Assembly (NCBI GenBank): GCA_047495785.1
Contig: JBLDXI010000032.1
Coordinates: forward strand, 682,001-746,000
Direction of reading: 5' to 3'
Origin: Lepidodermella squamata
Taxonomy: Eukaryota; Animalia; Gastrotricha
Length of the DNA stretch: 64,000 nucleotides
The notes beneath the pieces are model-generated. The model was not told where the DNA came from. It searched no databases and saw nothing but the letters and a program-made list of their open reading frames with translations. Both the position numbers and the translations under genes were made by a program. Every line of letters starts with the position of its first letter. The stretch's first letter is position 1. Positions 36,308 to 51,126 of the stretch are shown here, in pieces.

Positions 36308-37689
36308 TCATTCAGTGGCTTCTTCGATTAGTCCACGAATTCGCATACACATTCCGCGCAAACATGATTCATCTGGGTCTTCTACGCCAAAAATACCAAC
36401 TGGCAAAGTGAATTGCTCTGAGACACAATAGGTTCCATCGATTTCAAGCTTGAGGAAGTACCAGCGAACACAATCAGTCACAATTCCGAAAGAATGCGGC
36501 ATGTCTAGTTTAGAACCAGGGCGCTTCACCGACAAACGTTTCTAGAAAAAATATCAGGTTAATAAACATATCTCGAGTTGCCACGCACGAGTTACCTTTG
36601 ACAGACAGTCCATCGCTACCAAAGCCTGCGGAATCACCCAATCAAAAACCTCCTCATCCGGAGCATCGACTGGCATCACATTAACAGCCATTATTTCGGT
36701 TGGACCGCAAGAGATAACGATGTCGGCATAGCCACTAAGTTCGCTCTCACCATCGCTGATATGCACTTTTACGTTAAATCGAAGCTTTTTATCCAATCCA
36801 TCTATATAGGTATCCATAATAGTATTATTAATATTTACGGAATCGGCGTAACTTACCCAAAGCGCATGAAAAGAAGAAGCTGCTGAGAAGCAATCGCTTT
36901 ACCTCGGAGTCATCTAAAAAAATCGGCATTCGCTTCAGAGAATGCTATAAACAACAGACATTTTTTTCGTGAAAGATATCCAAAATAGCCTCAACAAACA
37001 TTAAGGGTTTTGCAGAAGTCGTCAAACGACTCGGGTGAAATGAGCGATTCTTTAGGCACGAAAAGTTCACAACTAAACCAAAATAGACGTAAAATATGCG
37101 AATGCGAAAATTGAAATGGCTCACGATTTCCGATAGATGCCTTGTAGAAATGTCGCGTTTCCGCGCAGCGTCGAAATGGATTTGTCCAATTGTTTCGATA
37201 TTAGCATTTTCACAACAGCCTTCAGCCGTTCGAGTATTATATCTATATTATATTTTAAAGTATGCACAATAAGGAGTCCTGATTAACTTTTGCCACTTGA
37301 TGCTACTAAAGTGAAAAGTACAAGTACTTTAATAAGGAGTTAAAATTACCTTTTTTCGGTAAGTAACGGGCTTTTACTGTTGCTATGCGCCTTCCAGATA
37401 GATCGACCAAACTCTTCAAGCTATTCATTAGTCTTTCGGTTGCGTCAAAATCCCTTTGCAAGCGCTCCTTCTCATGAGGATCAGTAGTTTCAGCTAATTT
37501 TTCGCTCAACGAATTGAACTCCCGTATGACGGCCTTAAACTTAATTAGCCGTTGATTTTGCTCTTCAAGCAAATGCCAAAGTTCGGCATCCAACTTATCC
37601 TCCGGGATTTCGAGATCTTCCTTAGTTGGCGAACTCTTTTCTGTCATATCGTCTCTTCTTGAACGTTTTCCAGGTGGTTCTGAATTCAT
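36308..37689 (-). CDS. PD-(D/E)XK/REase-fold (Crinkler-REase-like) protein A, ~6 exons
   Basis: Joining GT-AG exons gives an open frame: NLS-like PPGKRSRR, coiled coil, DSEVKR, SGYADIVI, PQALVAM, SFGIVTDCVRWYFLKL. Confidence 0.72.
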
Positions 37690-37896
37690 GATGTCATAAA
37701 CTTGCTCATAACGAACTAAATAAGAAGCACACGAAAAAAGATAAACATGTTGAATTAGCTAGCAGCTCGAAGCCGGAAGCTGAGGTGATGGATGAGTGAT
37801 GAGATTAAAAATGTCGGCGCTATTCTTACAACGACATATGCTAAAATGCGAGATGTAAACCGCAAATATGCCATCTGTTGATTTTACTCAATTTTA

Positions 37897-38041
37897 CTAA
37901 TTTTACTCAATTTTAACGCTTGAAAACTTGCTTTGAAATAATAAAGTCGCATGCTCGCAATTGTAACACGTCCCGTTTACAACCCCCTTTTTCGAAGCTT
38001 TGAAAACACAATGTCCCCTGAAGCTAATACGGAAAATACGG
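37897..38041. repeat. Right arm of the pogo/Tc2-like MITE
   Basis: Near-identical to 45016-45160. Confidence 0.8.
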
Positions 38042-38064
38042 TAATCAACGCAAGTGACAAGTGA

Positions 38065-38530
38065 TTTCGGGTGGCTACTTCACCTCAATTTATCTCAAAA
38101 CACACCCCCTTCGATTTTTGTTGAACTATTTTTATTTTGAAGTATCAAACTCGAGCCATATCTACATTTCCTCCGAATTTGCGGCCGGCCTTCCGTTATT
38201 TTTCTAGAATTTTTCAAGCCTTCCACATTTCAGCAATCAATTTAATGGCGCTGGGCTGACTGCTAGTTTTTTTGGTGGCGTGAATCATAATTATTGCAGA
38301 TGACGCTGTGATTCATTAGGCGATTTTTTGCAAAAAGCTCGTTAAAGCAATAATAATCACTGTGCGGAAACGTGCTTCTTTCAAAAAAATTCTACGAAAA
38401 ACCGTTCCCTGGCCGGAAATTCCGATTTGACAAGGGTTGAGTTGAAGGTGAGATCTACATGCCCTATTTTTTCGAGAAAATCGAAGGGGGTGTGTTTTGA
38501 GATAAATTGAGGTGAAGTAGCCACCCGAAA
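38065..38530. mobile_element. Palindromic MITE
   Basis: ~50-bp TIR TTTCGGGTGGCTACTTCACCTCAATTTATCTCAAAACACACCCC; TSD not resolved. Confidence 0.8.
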
Positions 38531-39598
38531 AATTAATAAATTTTATAATTTCAAAATTAAAAATTAAAAATTAAAAATAGACCTGCGTGGTTGAAAACAT
38601 TCCACGTTGGCTCGTGTTTTCTGGTTTCTGGCTTAGCGCGGGGCATTTTGCAAAAATTTTGCTTCAGCAAGCGCATTAGGCAGTACTTATCACGCTAATT
38701 AATTCCGCGCATTGGTAAACTTGCATAGGGAAACTTGCATGGGGAAAATTGAAGACACCTTCCTGACGTTTGCTGATACCGACCACTTTTGCGCATTCAA
38801 CGTTCCAGCACGACAGTTATTCATTACAAATATAAAATACGATTCGGTGGTACTTCCGCGCCACAAGATCCACGCATGTATATTTCTGCACAAGGGTCAT
38901 TTGTGCAATTGCAGAAAACTGCATCAAAAAACCTATCACCAGCAAAAAAATCACTCAATCGCGAGCAAAATGGTGATGTAAAAATCCCCAAAAAGTAGAT
39001 GCATGCATGAGGAATCGAACCACAGCAGTGCGATTTTTATGCCAAGTGAAAAAACAAATACAGCAGCATTCACAAGATATGTGTGGGTAGTGCAAAAATA
39101 CAAAATTCACCCAAATTTGGAAATGGTAAAGGGGCAGCGGTCAACTTAGGTTCTGAATGCTCCAAGGTTATCAAATACTATGACGTACTTTTCGGAGGCC
39201 ATATCGTTAGTTACGTTAAATACTCGGATTTAGGCTTGTTTACGAGTATATCTGGTAGTAAAAATGTATTCGGCGGTGAAATTTTCCCACCTAATGAGTG
39301 TTGGCGGTAGCTTAAAAAGTCCTCCTTAACTAGCCTAAACCCGAGTTATTCCATGATGTCAGTGAAATGTATTTGCTTTAGCGTATTTGGTGATTTACTC
39401 GAATAACTCGTATTTGCATAGCCGAATCTACTTGCGCAGCGAGCGCACTGAATGGTAGGGGGCTGAAACACCCTTCCCGCTAGGAGGGGCTTACGGGGTG
39501 GGATGGCATGTTGCGCAGTGGACTCTAACAACTAACCTTAAAAACCGAAAACAGCTGCTCGCTATTCGGTAGGCCGATTGAAAAATTTCAAATATTTC

Positions 39599-40782
39599 CA
39601 TAGACAAATAATAAGAGACTGGACACTCGCGCTTATTTAATACTGCCGAAATCAAAAAAGTTGTTTTTTATCCGCACACTAACTTTGTGTTTTAATTGCG
39701 CCTTGAGTTTTCACGACGCAGAAATAAGGTTTCACGATCTAGTGCAACCTTTCACGCTCTATTCAACCATATAAATTTGGAACCTATATCATAAAGATTT
39801 CGTCATAAATCAGGGCTTTAAAAACTTTGAGAGCCTGCCTTGCAATTTGCCCCACCTCAGATTCCATAATTGTACTAATGGGATCGATGCAGAATTTTAT
39901 GAGCTTTCTTTTGATACCAAAATCATGAGGTGCATACTCGTGATAGAGATAGGAGCAACGAAAAAGTTAAAAAGGCTATTTTTTATTACGCGTTTTGATA
40001 TGCGAGACGCGACAAGTGAAAGCTGTATTTTACGAACAATTTTAGATCACTTCATGGTCTACTACAGTTTTTCCCGCTGATTTTAAATCTGAAACCCGTT
40101 TTTCAATATCTGTTACCGTTCTCAAGATCTAAGCACAATTGAGTGTGCGCACATTACAAATGCAATTTTTCAGGGGAAGCAAAAAACAAAATCATAGATT
40201 TTCGAAAATATGTCCTTTAGGTATAGCGAATTGCAACACCTCATTCGGCGGTTTTTATGACCAACTAAGGCAGTTTGAGTCATTGATTCCGAATTTTGCA
40301 CTACTAAGAGCCCAATTTCTACCGATCTACCTCAAATTGGATTAGAAAACCACTTAATCAAATTTGCTTTTTCGTTTTTATTAAACTATGAAGGCCCAGG
40401 TAATTACGCACCTCATGATTTTGGTATCAAAAGAAAGCTCATAAAATTCTGCATCGATCCCATTAGTACAATTATGAAATCTGAGGTGGGGCAAATTGCA
40501 AGGCAGGCTCTCAAAGTTTTTAAAGCCCTGATTTATGACGAAATCTTTATGATACAGGTTCCAAATTTATATGGTTGAATAGAGCGTGAGCTACTGCCTT
40601 TTATGGCTACGTCTCGTCCACAGCCGATGAAAACTGTCGCTGCAACGCCAGGATATAGTGAGGGCTGAAATTCGTAAATTTCCTTAAAAATGTGCTTAAG
40701 GAGGAATTTTGAATTGTAAATTCGAATAATTTCGGCAGTATTGCAAAGGCAAGAGTGTCCAGTCTCTTATTATTTGTCTATG
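39599..40782. mobile_element. hAT-type MITE (CATAG termini)
   Basis: TIR CATAGACAAATAATAAGAGACTGGACACTC; 8-bp TSD AATATTTC. Confidence 0.9.
39753..40588. mobile_element. Nested long-TIR element (CAC termini)
   Basis: ~180-bp near-perfect inverted repeats at 39753-39933 and 40408-40588; no TSD seen. Confidence 0.8.
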
Positions 40783-40959
40783 AATATTTCGAAGTGGCTC
40801 ATATGAGGCAGGTTTCTGCATTTTTCTCTAAATCCTCTACAAAATTGACCTTTATTACAAGTTTTTCGAATAAATCTTGTTTATAAAACTTGAAGATTCT
40901 TTAAAACATCCACCTTAATTATCAACTTAACTTCAAATTTCGATTTAATTTCTTAAACA

Positions 40960-41001
40960 ATCCCTGAAGATGGTTATTGTGTATAACCGAAACGTTGGAA
41001 T
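40960..41001 (+). ncRNA. Penelope-type hammerhead-like motif
   Basis: TCC-CTGAAGA-T-GGTTAT-TGTGT-ATAACC-GAAA-CGTT-GGA; stems I and III are very short. Confidence 0.55.
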
Positions 41002-41014
41002 AAATGCGTTGCGT

Positions 41015-41054
41015 CATAGAGAATAGAGTTACCTAGGTAACTCTATTCTCTATG
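41015..41054. mobile_element. 40-bp perfect palindrome with 8-bp TSD (minimal hAT derivative)
   Basis: CATAGAGAATAGAGTTACCTAGGTAACTCTATTCTCTATG flanked by CGTTGCGT on both sides. Confidence 0.88.
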
Positions 41055-42342
41055 CGTTGCGTTTTATAAACAAAATTGACCTTTGTCATGCATAAACCGG
41101 ACTCAGACCCCAAAATCCGTCCGGTTTGGAGTAAAATGATATTATATGTAAAATCCACACTTTGGATCTAGCCACCCGAAAACGTTCGGTTTAGACAACT
41201 TTCACTTAACTGTAGTTGTCCGCTGTTCATGGAGACTCAAGCTTTAATGTTGAAAAAATTTAGGTGGCCAATTGATCGACCCATTGCCATCAAATGACCC
41301 ATGAGTAGAACTTCGATCGATCATTTGCTGCCTATATCATCCAGGCACCACAACAATAAGTGTGGGCATTGGGTGCGGTAAAGACTATCTGATCGAACGA
41401 GGGTCCTTATTTTTACCTAATCCCTGAGATTTGCCAAAAGGTATAAGTTGAAATCTACTGCTGATTCATAATTTACTTTCCAACTGTCGGGGATCTAATT
41501 CACAAATCTATAATTAATTAAAAAACTAATGCAAAAGCGTCGGTGGCAAAATGTTTATACAAAAAATTTCGATTACGAATTGACGCGTTGAATAATTCGA
41601 TAAACAAAAATAGCCGGTTTGCAAAACCGTCAGGAAGACATTGACGGTAGACCAGTTACATTATAAGGTGCATTCACTCTTGCGCGACATGTACGATGTA
41701 CGATATGTGTCACTCCGTCACATGCGACTGTCGCAGCTCTGTAGCATCAAATCCGCAGACAACAGCCGAGGGATAGTCACAAAACAAAGACACATTCAGC
41801 AAAACAAAAATGCAAATAACTGAGATTTCAACCAGAAAAATATATTTTCGACATCACCCTATGTACGTGTATTAATTGTTTTCACCCGGCCCGGCATAAC
41901 CTCGCAAAAATTGAGTGCGCGTACAACTTTATTAGCTGTATGCTGTATTTATCAAAAACCGATGACTTTCAAGAAATTTCGCTCGTCAAATCTTTCAAAT
42001 ATGTTAATGGCAACGACTTTTACAAGTTACATATAGATTAAAATACGCGTCCCGATCTTGAGCAATGACTATATGGGTAGCACTGCAAATCCAAATCATC
42101 TTCCCTCCTCTTACTTCTCCCAAAAAACGGTTTATAGCGCTATTTTTGGTGCGGTACTGGTAAAGTTTAATAAAAAACGCTGCGTTTGAAATGTATTTTA
42201 ATCGAGGGAATTCGGTAAAAGGCCTTATCACTTTTGGCGAATAGTAACTATTAGAAATTTACAAAAATTCAATCATATTTTCCTATGATAGATCTATTTT
42301 TCCTATCGATCAAGTTTTCGATTATGCCCATATGAAACAGTT

Positions 42343-43843
42343 CTATGATGTAGCTTCTTCTACAAGTCCACGAATTTGCATGCAGATTCCACGCAAAGAT
42401 GATTGATTTGAGTCTTCTTCGCCAAAAATTCCGAGTGGTAGGTCGTATCGCTCCGAGACAGAATAGGTTCCATGAATGTCAAGCTTAAGGAAGTACCAGC
42501 GAATACAATCAGTCAAAATTCCGAAAGAATGCGGATTGTCTAATTTTGAACCAGGACGCTTCACCGACATACGTTTCTAGAAAATAATACGATTGCTAAA
42601 ATAATAAACATCGCCTGAGATGCCACGCACGAGTTACCTTTGACAGACAGTCCATTGCTAGCAAAGCCTGCGGAACTACAGATTTAAAAATGTCCTCATT
42701 CGAAGCATCGACTGGCATCACATCGACAACTATCATTTCGGTTGGGCCGCAAGAGATTACGATGTCGGCATAACCATCAAGTTCACTGTCAACATCGCTG
42801 ATACTCACTTTCACGTTAAACTGAAGCTTATTATCCAGTCCATCTATTTAAGCAACTGTCTTATCAAACTTTACAAAAATCTTAATCAAGTTACTCAAAG
42901 CGCATGAAAAGAAGGGAATGCTGAGAAACAATCTCTTGGCTTCGGAATCGTCCAAATAAATCGGCATTCGCTCTATAGAGTACTATAAACAGAGAAACAT
43001 TGGAGTGATAGGTATCCAATAAGCTTCAACAAACATGTAGAATTTCGCAGAAGTAACCAAACGACTTGTTTGAAATTGCCGATTCTTTAGGCACGAAAAT
43101 TTTATGTCTAAACCACACTAGATGTATTAAATGTGAAAACGGAAGTCGAAATGGCTCACGATTTCCGATAGATGCCTTGGAGAAATTTCTCGTTGCCACA
43201 CAGCATCGAAAAGGACTTGTCCAATTTTTTTGATGCTAGCATTTCCGCAACAGCCCTCAAACGTTTGCTAATCATGTCGCATTTAGGCTTCAAAGGGAGC
43301 TCCGCTGAAAAGATATTTTAGAATATTATGCACAGCTTAAGGAATTTTTGGTTCATTCTTACCAGTTAATTTATCGTTAACTGAAAAAAAAACAAAAAGC
43401 GATCATTCCGTGCGAAGCATCAAATAAATATTAAAAATACCTTGCTGTTCCAGATCGCGAATTTTAGGTAAGTAACGGGCTTTTACTGATTCAATTTCCC
43501 TTGCAGCCTGATCGACCAAACCCATCAAACTACGACGATGCTTTACAGCAGCATCAATTTTCCATTCCAAGATCTCCTTCTGATGAGAATCAGTAGTATC
43601 CGCCAATTGTTGGCTCAATGAATCAATTTTCTCGATGCACGCCATGAGCTCAGTTGTCAGTTGATTTTCCTTCGCAAGCAACGGCGCAAGTTCAGCATGC
43701 AGCTTATCTTTCAGGTCCTCAATTTCTTCAGTGGTCGGTGTAGCTCTGCATTGAGGCGATTCCTCTATGGATTCTGTCGTATTGGCGCTTCTTGAACGTT
43801 TCTCGAACGGTTCTGAATCCTTTTTATTTGACAACGATGTCAT
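42343..43843 (-). CDS. PD-(D/E)XK/REase-fold (Crinkler-REase-like) protein B, ~6 exons
   Basis: Paralog of 36308-37689 with the same intron positions; DSEAKR, DGYADIVI, PQALLAM, SFGILTDCIRWYFLKL. Confidence 0.72.
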
Positions 43844-44082
43844 AACCTTGCTAACAACGACCTACACATGAAGCAAAAGAAAAGGTGAAAATGAACATAA
43901 ATTGTTCTATGTATCTCATATCTTATATCGTAATATATCGCAGTTTGACTTCCTAGGGAGATCCGCAGAAAATATATTAAAAAACACAATAAGAGTTAGG
44001 GTTAATTCGTACAGCGTTAATTGAACGAAAATCAAAAAAATATCTATTCTGTGCGCAATAAAGCATCAAATAAATATTGAAA

Positions 44083-44475
44083 TTAACTAGTTGCTCCAAT
44101 TCGCGAATTTCCGCCAGGTAAACTTACTCTAGCAATTCGGCTTCCAGCCAGATCGGCCAAACCCATCAAATTATTATAATGCCTTTCATTTGCATCAATT
44201 TGCCGTTGCAATATCTCCTTCTGATGAGAATCAGTAGTATCCGCCAATTTTCGGCTTAATAAACCAAGGTTTTGTGTGCATGCCATAAGCTCAGCCGTCA
44301 GTTGATTTTCCTTTTCAAGCAACGGCATAAGTTCGGCAGCCAACTTATCCTGCGGGATTCCGATTTCTTCCGGATTCCGAGAAGCTCTTTGCGAAGGCTT
44401 TTCTTTGCTGGTTTCTGTCATATCGTCGCTTCTTGAACGTTTCCCATATGGTTCTGAATTCTTATCATTGGCCAT
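44083..44475 (-). pseudogene. Orphan first exon of a third REase-like paralog
   Basis: SEPYGKRSRS...KLAAELMPLLEKENQLT homologous to exon 1 of A and B; has no downstream exons of its own. Confidence 0.65.
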
Positions 44476-44642
44476 AATAACTTGCTAAAACAACGAACTG
44501 AACAAAAAGCACAAGGAAAGGAAACATGAGCAAAAATTGATTACAGCATACTATGACCGCTACGTTTTTGTCTTTGGAGACAGCGGTAATCCATCTACCG
44601 TAGTTACCGATATATAAGCCCCCTCGTTTAGAAACCTAGGTA

Positions 44643-45160
44643 CCGTATATTCCGTAATAGCTTCATATACCCGTTATTACCGCCCGTCCCGTTTACAACC
44701 CCCCTTTTCAAGGCCTTTGAAAATATAAAGCCTCTTACTCGCAATAGCTACCCGCGATCTAAATTTTAAATCAAACTTTGAAAATCGCATTTAAAAATAA
44801 TTGCGCATACTCTTTTGAAATTCCATTTCTGAAGCGTTTGATAGGCATGTTTGATAGAAAATTGGGAAACATAGCTGAGTGAGAGAATTTAAGCAACGAA
44901 AATTTTAAATGTTTAAAAATTTGCATAAAATGGCTGAGAACTCGCTATCGAACGATGAAGTTCTCGATTTTGATGAAGAGTTGTTGACTTTAGTTTAAAA
45001 ATTATCAATTTATTCTAATTTTACTCAATTTTAACGCTTGAAAACTTGCTTTGAAATAATAAAGTCGCATGCTCGCAATTGTAACACGTCCCGTTTACAA
45101 CCCCCCTTTTTCGAAGCTTTGAAAACACAATGTCCCCTGAAGCTAATACGGAAAATACGG
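44643..45160. mobile_element. pogo/Tc2-like MITE
   Basis: TIR CCGTATATTCCGTAATAGCTTCA / TGAAGCTAATACGGAAAATACGG; TA TSD. Confidence 0.85.
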
Positions 45161-46113
45161 TAAATTTAAATTCGTCGATGCAGTCCAATCTCAAATAGTA
45201 GCCTGGGCTAATATTACACGTGCGAAACGCTGAGCCTAAAACAGTAGTTAAAATCCGAAAATATCTGAAGATATTTAATAATCTGCGATTTAGGATGATT
45301 CAAGTTGAAGCGTTCCTTACAATTATTTATCGTCAGCTATTACATGACCTAGCCAATAGATAACAATGAAAAATTTGACGAGTTTTGAGATTGAAAGGCG
45401 GAAAAGAAAGTCAGGTCTTCGTTGCATTAGCCTATCTCGAATGGAAGCCTACTTTTCCCTATTTTTCGAGCTATCAGTTTTGTATAAGCCCGGGTTAGGC
45501 AACTACAGTATCCAGCAGAGCTTCGATGCCGCTGACGGTATTATGGAACTTGCGAAAACCGGAATGTCTCGGCGAAAGAAGCTTACGAATGTTTAGGTGG
45601 GTTGTAAGGTCAGCTTAGTTTTTCGGGTTTTCGGAGGATCCGATAGATGGCAATAGTGTGTTTAATTAGCTAGCAGCTCAAAGCCGGAAGCTGAGGTGAT
45701 GAGCTCGACGACGACGAAGAATTCTGCCAAATGTAAACCGCAAAAATGCCAACAAACTGTTGCGGTGAGTTCAAAGTTCAAAAAGTTCAAACGAGAAAAT
45801 ATGTAAATAAAATAAAGAATGATGGTGGCGTAATCGACTTGCAAAATAGTCATAGTTTTTTCGGCATAGTTCAATGCATATAAAATATGTTTATTAATTT
45901 ATTCCAGTTTTGTTGATTTCGCCAGCCTTGACACTAGGGAGCGCGCCCAAAACGCACATTATAGCGCTGGCGAGTTGGACTCGACGACTAGGTCCAGTGG
46001 CTTGACGATTATGCCTGCAATGCCTGCATCTTTCAATTGGCTTGGGGTTTACGTACCACTTCATCAATTTTTCATTTTCCTTCGATTTGTAGGGCTTTAG
46101 CTGCTGAATTACA

Positions 46114-47521
<1,408 letters not shown>

Positions 47522-47596
47522 TAGCTTTAAATTGAAATTTGTTGAGGTTGCATGCTATTGATATTCATGTTTTTCATTTTGTTAGTGTTTTTTGAA

Positions 47597-50500
47597 ATGT
47601 TTGGTCGGAAAAAGGAGAAACCGCCTCAGAATGGCGAATCTGATTCTGGGGCGATCATTCAAGGCTTCGTCTGTCCCATGTGCCTTTCAAATTTCGGAAC
47701 TTCCAGTGATTTAGAGGTAAAAAATTGCAAAATTAGAGTGATTTCCTCAGATTATCGTATATTTCAGGTTCATTTTCAATTGAAGCATGATCAGCCTCAA
47801 ATTCAAGATGACGAATTGATGTTGATGAGACAGCAGCTATCGGCATCTGAACAAACCAGAGATTTGAGTAAGCTCGACAATTTCTTCAAGGTTGATGATT
47901 TTAAAGGATGGTTTCTAGTGCAACGTGAAATCGCGAGACATTTAGAATCGATTCACTCGTTGGAGGGTGCTGTTGCTTCCTTAACATCGGGTCGAAATGA
48001 AGTCGAGGTCAACCTTCAGAAAGCGGTTAGTTGTTATAGATGCGTGAAAAACTGATCTAAATATAATCAATTTTAGTTGATTGAGCTGTCAGAACTACGT
48101 CAGAGCATGGACGCTGAGAAAAGGGCGCACCTAGAAGCAATGGAGAAAAATGATATATTAGAGCGCCACCTCAAAGAATTATCAGAAAAATTATCTTTAA
48201 GGTAAATTCACACTTGAAAATGGTCAATTTCCTTATTAATTATTTAATTATTTTTAGACCTGATGAATCTTTGCTCGAAGAGTTGAGAGCAAGATGCGAA
48301 GCTGCCGAAAAGGCTGCTGCCACTGCAAAATCTTTCGCTGAAAATTCAGCTTCAGAACAGTCCGCTGAAATTACGAAACTAAACGAAAATTTAACGAGGT
48401 TAGATTTATAGCCGTATTTTTTCAAATTTCTCATTTTTGTTCCTTCTAACAGTGTCAAAAAGTCCTATCACGATTTTATGAATAGCCTCGGCCACCTGTT
48501 GAATAATATCGAAGCTTTCGAGAATAATTCAGCTAATCATGATTTCAGCGATTTGAACTCGGAATGCGTTCCATTAATGAGGGCGTTATCAAAAGAAATG
48601 CGGCACCATTTTGAGGAAAAAGAACGGCTGAGGACAGCGATTCGAGACCACGAAGAAATGCGGAATAGATTCGTTGAAGAGAAGTCGAAACTCGAACAGC
48701 AGCTGCACAGTTTAGAGAAAATTCAGGCTGGAACTCGCGGCAAACTGGTTGTCTTGTCGCGATTTGTTAACGCCGATGGTTCTGAGACTTCGAGTGATAA
48801 TCTAGACGACGTCGGTCTCATTGACGCTATTCATCAGTCATTTGTATCGCTGAATACACGGAATTCCCAATTACAGTCTGAAATCGAAAGAAATGTATGG
48901 AAAAATACAGATTTTATTGCAATTGTAAATCAATATTCGGTAAATCTTAGATTTCCGATGAAGATTTCTTGAAGCGGATGAAACAAGACCATGAAGCGGC
49001 GATTGGGGTGAAAAATTCGGAGCTTACCGCTTTGCATTCCGAGCTAACTGCTGTTAAAAAGCGACTCGCTGATTTAGAACCAGACGCTGCTGAAGCGAAA
49101 TCTAAGCTTTCAACGTTGCAGAATGAATTTACAGCCCTAAATAACGAGGTAAAATTGCTGAAATTTCAAGTGAATTAGGGCAAGACGTGTTTTTTCGCTA
49201 TTAGAAATCTGGTCTTCAAGCGACTTTATCCGGTCAAGATTCGCTGATTCGATTTGCTTTTGAGCATTTCAACGACGGCAGTTATCTATTACCGGCTATT
49301 GGTGTCTATCCCTCGATTAGTGAAAACGATTTCAAGCAGTATTTCAACCAATTTGTTAACGAAAAAGTAAGTAATAACTTGGCTTTGAACTTTGCCAATT
49401 TTAATTGAACACTGGGTTAATAAATTTATTGAGCTTGGAATCTTCCAATTCGGGCATTTTTAAGCTGGAAATGTAATGAAAAACTACTAAAAAAATTTAG
49501 TTTGGCCAAACCCGAGTTTAGATTTGATAGCGATTTTTGTTATTTTAAGCTGGCAATTATTGATTTGTATTTTCTCAAGGAATCACTACGCACCGAATGC
49601 AATGTTCTCAAGAGCAGTTTAGAATCAAAAGAGAAGCACCTCACATCAGTCGAACAGGTTCGTGGACTAGTTTTCTTGTATTCTGTTTTCTAAACGAGTC
49701 TCCTTTCAGCAAAAATCGGCTCTCGATTCTGAAATTGTGTCGAAAAATGAGGTAATTAGCCGATTGGAAGCTGAGCTAAAACAACGGCAAGAAGAAGTTG
49801 CAACTCGTGACCGGTCTTATTCAACCCTCGAAGAAGCGATGAAGTCAGCCGAAAGTCAATTGGAAGCCCTACGCAAGACTTACGATTCTCAAATTCAAAC
49901 TATCGAAGCTCTCGAAGCTGAGAAAAATTCCCAATCGGCTAAAATCGCCGTTTTGGAAGCTCAGCTATTAGAGGTTGGAGATTAGAAAAATTATTTAAAA
50001 AAATATTAAATTGTTTCCTTATTAGATGGATCAAAAATTCAACGAATTGAAAGCCTCTAGTGAGTCAAAGGATGGCCAAATTTCAGAATTGACTGCTAAA
50101 CTCGAAGAATCGTTAACCGAAAAGCAAAAAATTGATGCTAAACTATCGGAAGCGACTCGCGAACACGGCGAGGTCGTTCAAAAACTGCGTGAAGTCGAGC
50201 AGAAAATGGACCAAATCGACGCCAAACGATTCAAATACGAAAAAGAGTTGCAAGTTGCGACTGGTGAGCTGAAAAACACGCGGGACGAACTCGCTGCGAG
50301 TGATAAAAAAGTCGATGAACTTGAGCAATTGGTTGTGAGCACCACTGAGCAAAAACTCGCGGCTCAGGACGTGTTGGAGAAATTACAGGCCGATTTTTCG
50401 AAAATTTCCACGGAATTATCGATGGCGAAATCTTCGCTTGAAAGCTTCCAGTTGTTACTTAACAAGGAGAAATTGCTGGTTTCAGAGAAAACCGCTGAAT

Positions 50501-51126
50501 GTCGAGTTTCGGAGGAAAATCGGCTGAAATTAGAGGCGGCTAACAAGTCCTTATCAGCGCAACTTGACGAGTCGTCGCAGGAATTGGCGAAAACTCGGCA
50601 GAAAAACGAGCAGTTAGAGCAGGCTGTTGGTAATTTGAAGAACGAATTAGCGACCGAATCGAGCCGGCTGAAAGGCGAGGCGGAGAAATTGGTCGAAGCC
50701 CGCGAGTCCGCCTTAAAATTCCAATTCTCGGGCGTTGAGGCGAAATTGAAGGCGGAAGTTGCGACGCTACTGTCGCGCCTCGAACAGAGCCAGAACGAGA
50801 GTCAGGATTTGGAGGATGAGTTGAATCAAATGCAGCGACGCGTGTCGGAGTTGCAGCTAGGGCTGCAAGAGCTCGGCCGCGAGCAGCAGAATTTGCAGAT
50901 CAAAAATACGAAAATCAAAGAGCACAGGTGGCAGGATGACGCCGAGGCGACGGCGTGTTCCAAGTGCGACCAGTCGTTTAGTCTGACTGTTCGGCGGCAT
51001 CACTGCCGGCGGTGCGGTCTCGTGTTCTGCCATTCGTGCTCGTCGCGGAATGCGCTGGTGGGCGGAGCTAGCCGCAAGCCGGTCCGTGTTTGCGATGCTT
51101 GTTACAAGGAACTGAACGATTCTTGA
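47597..51126 (+). CDS. EEA1: Early endosome antigen 1-like, multi-exon
   Basis: N-terminal C2H2 finger GFVCPMC...H.QLKH, long coiled coil, C-terminal FYVE (WQDD, RRHHCRRCG, VRVCDAC). Confidence 0.88.
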
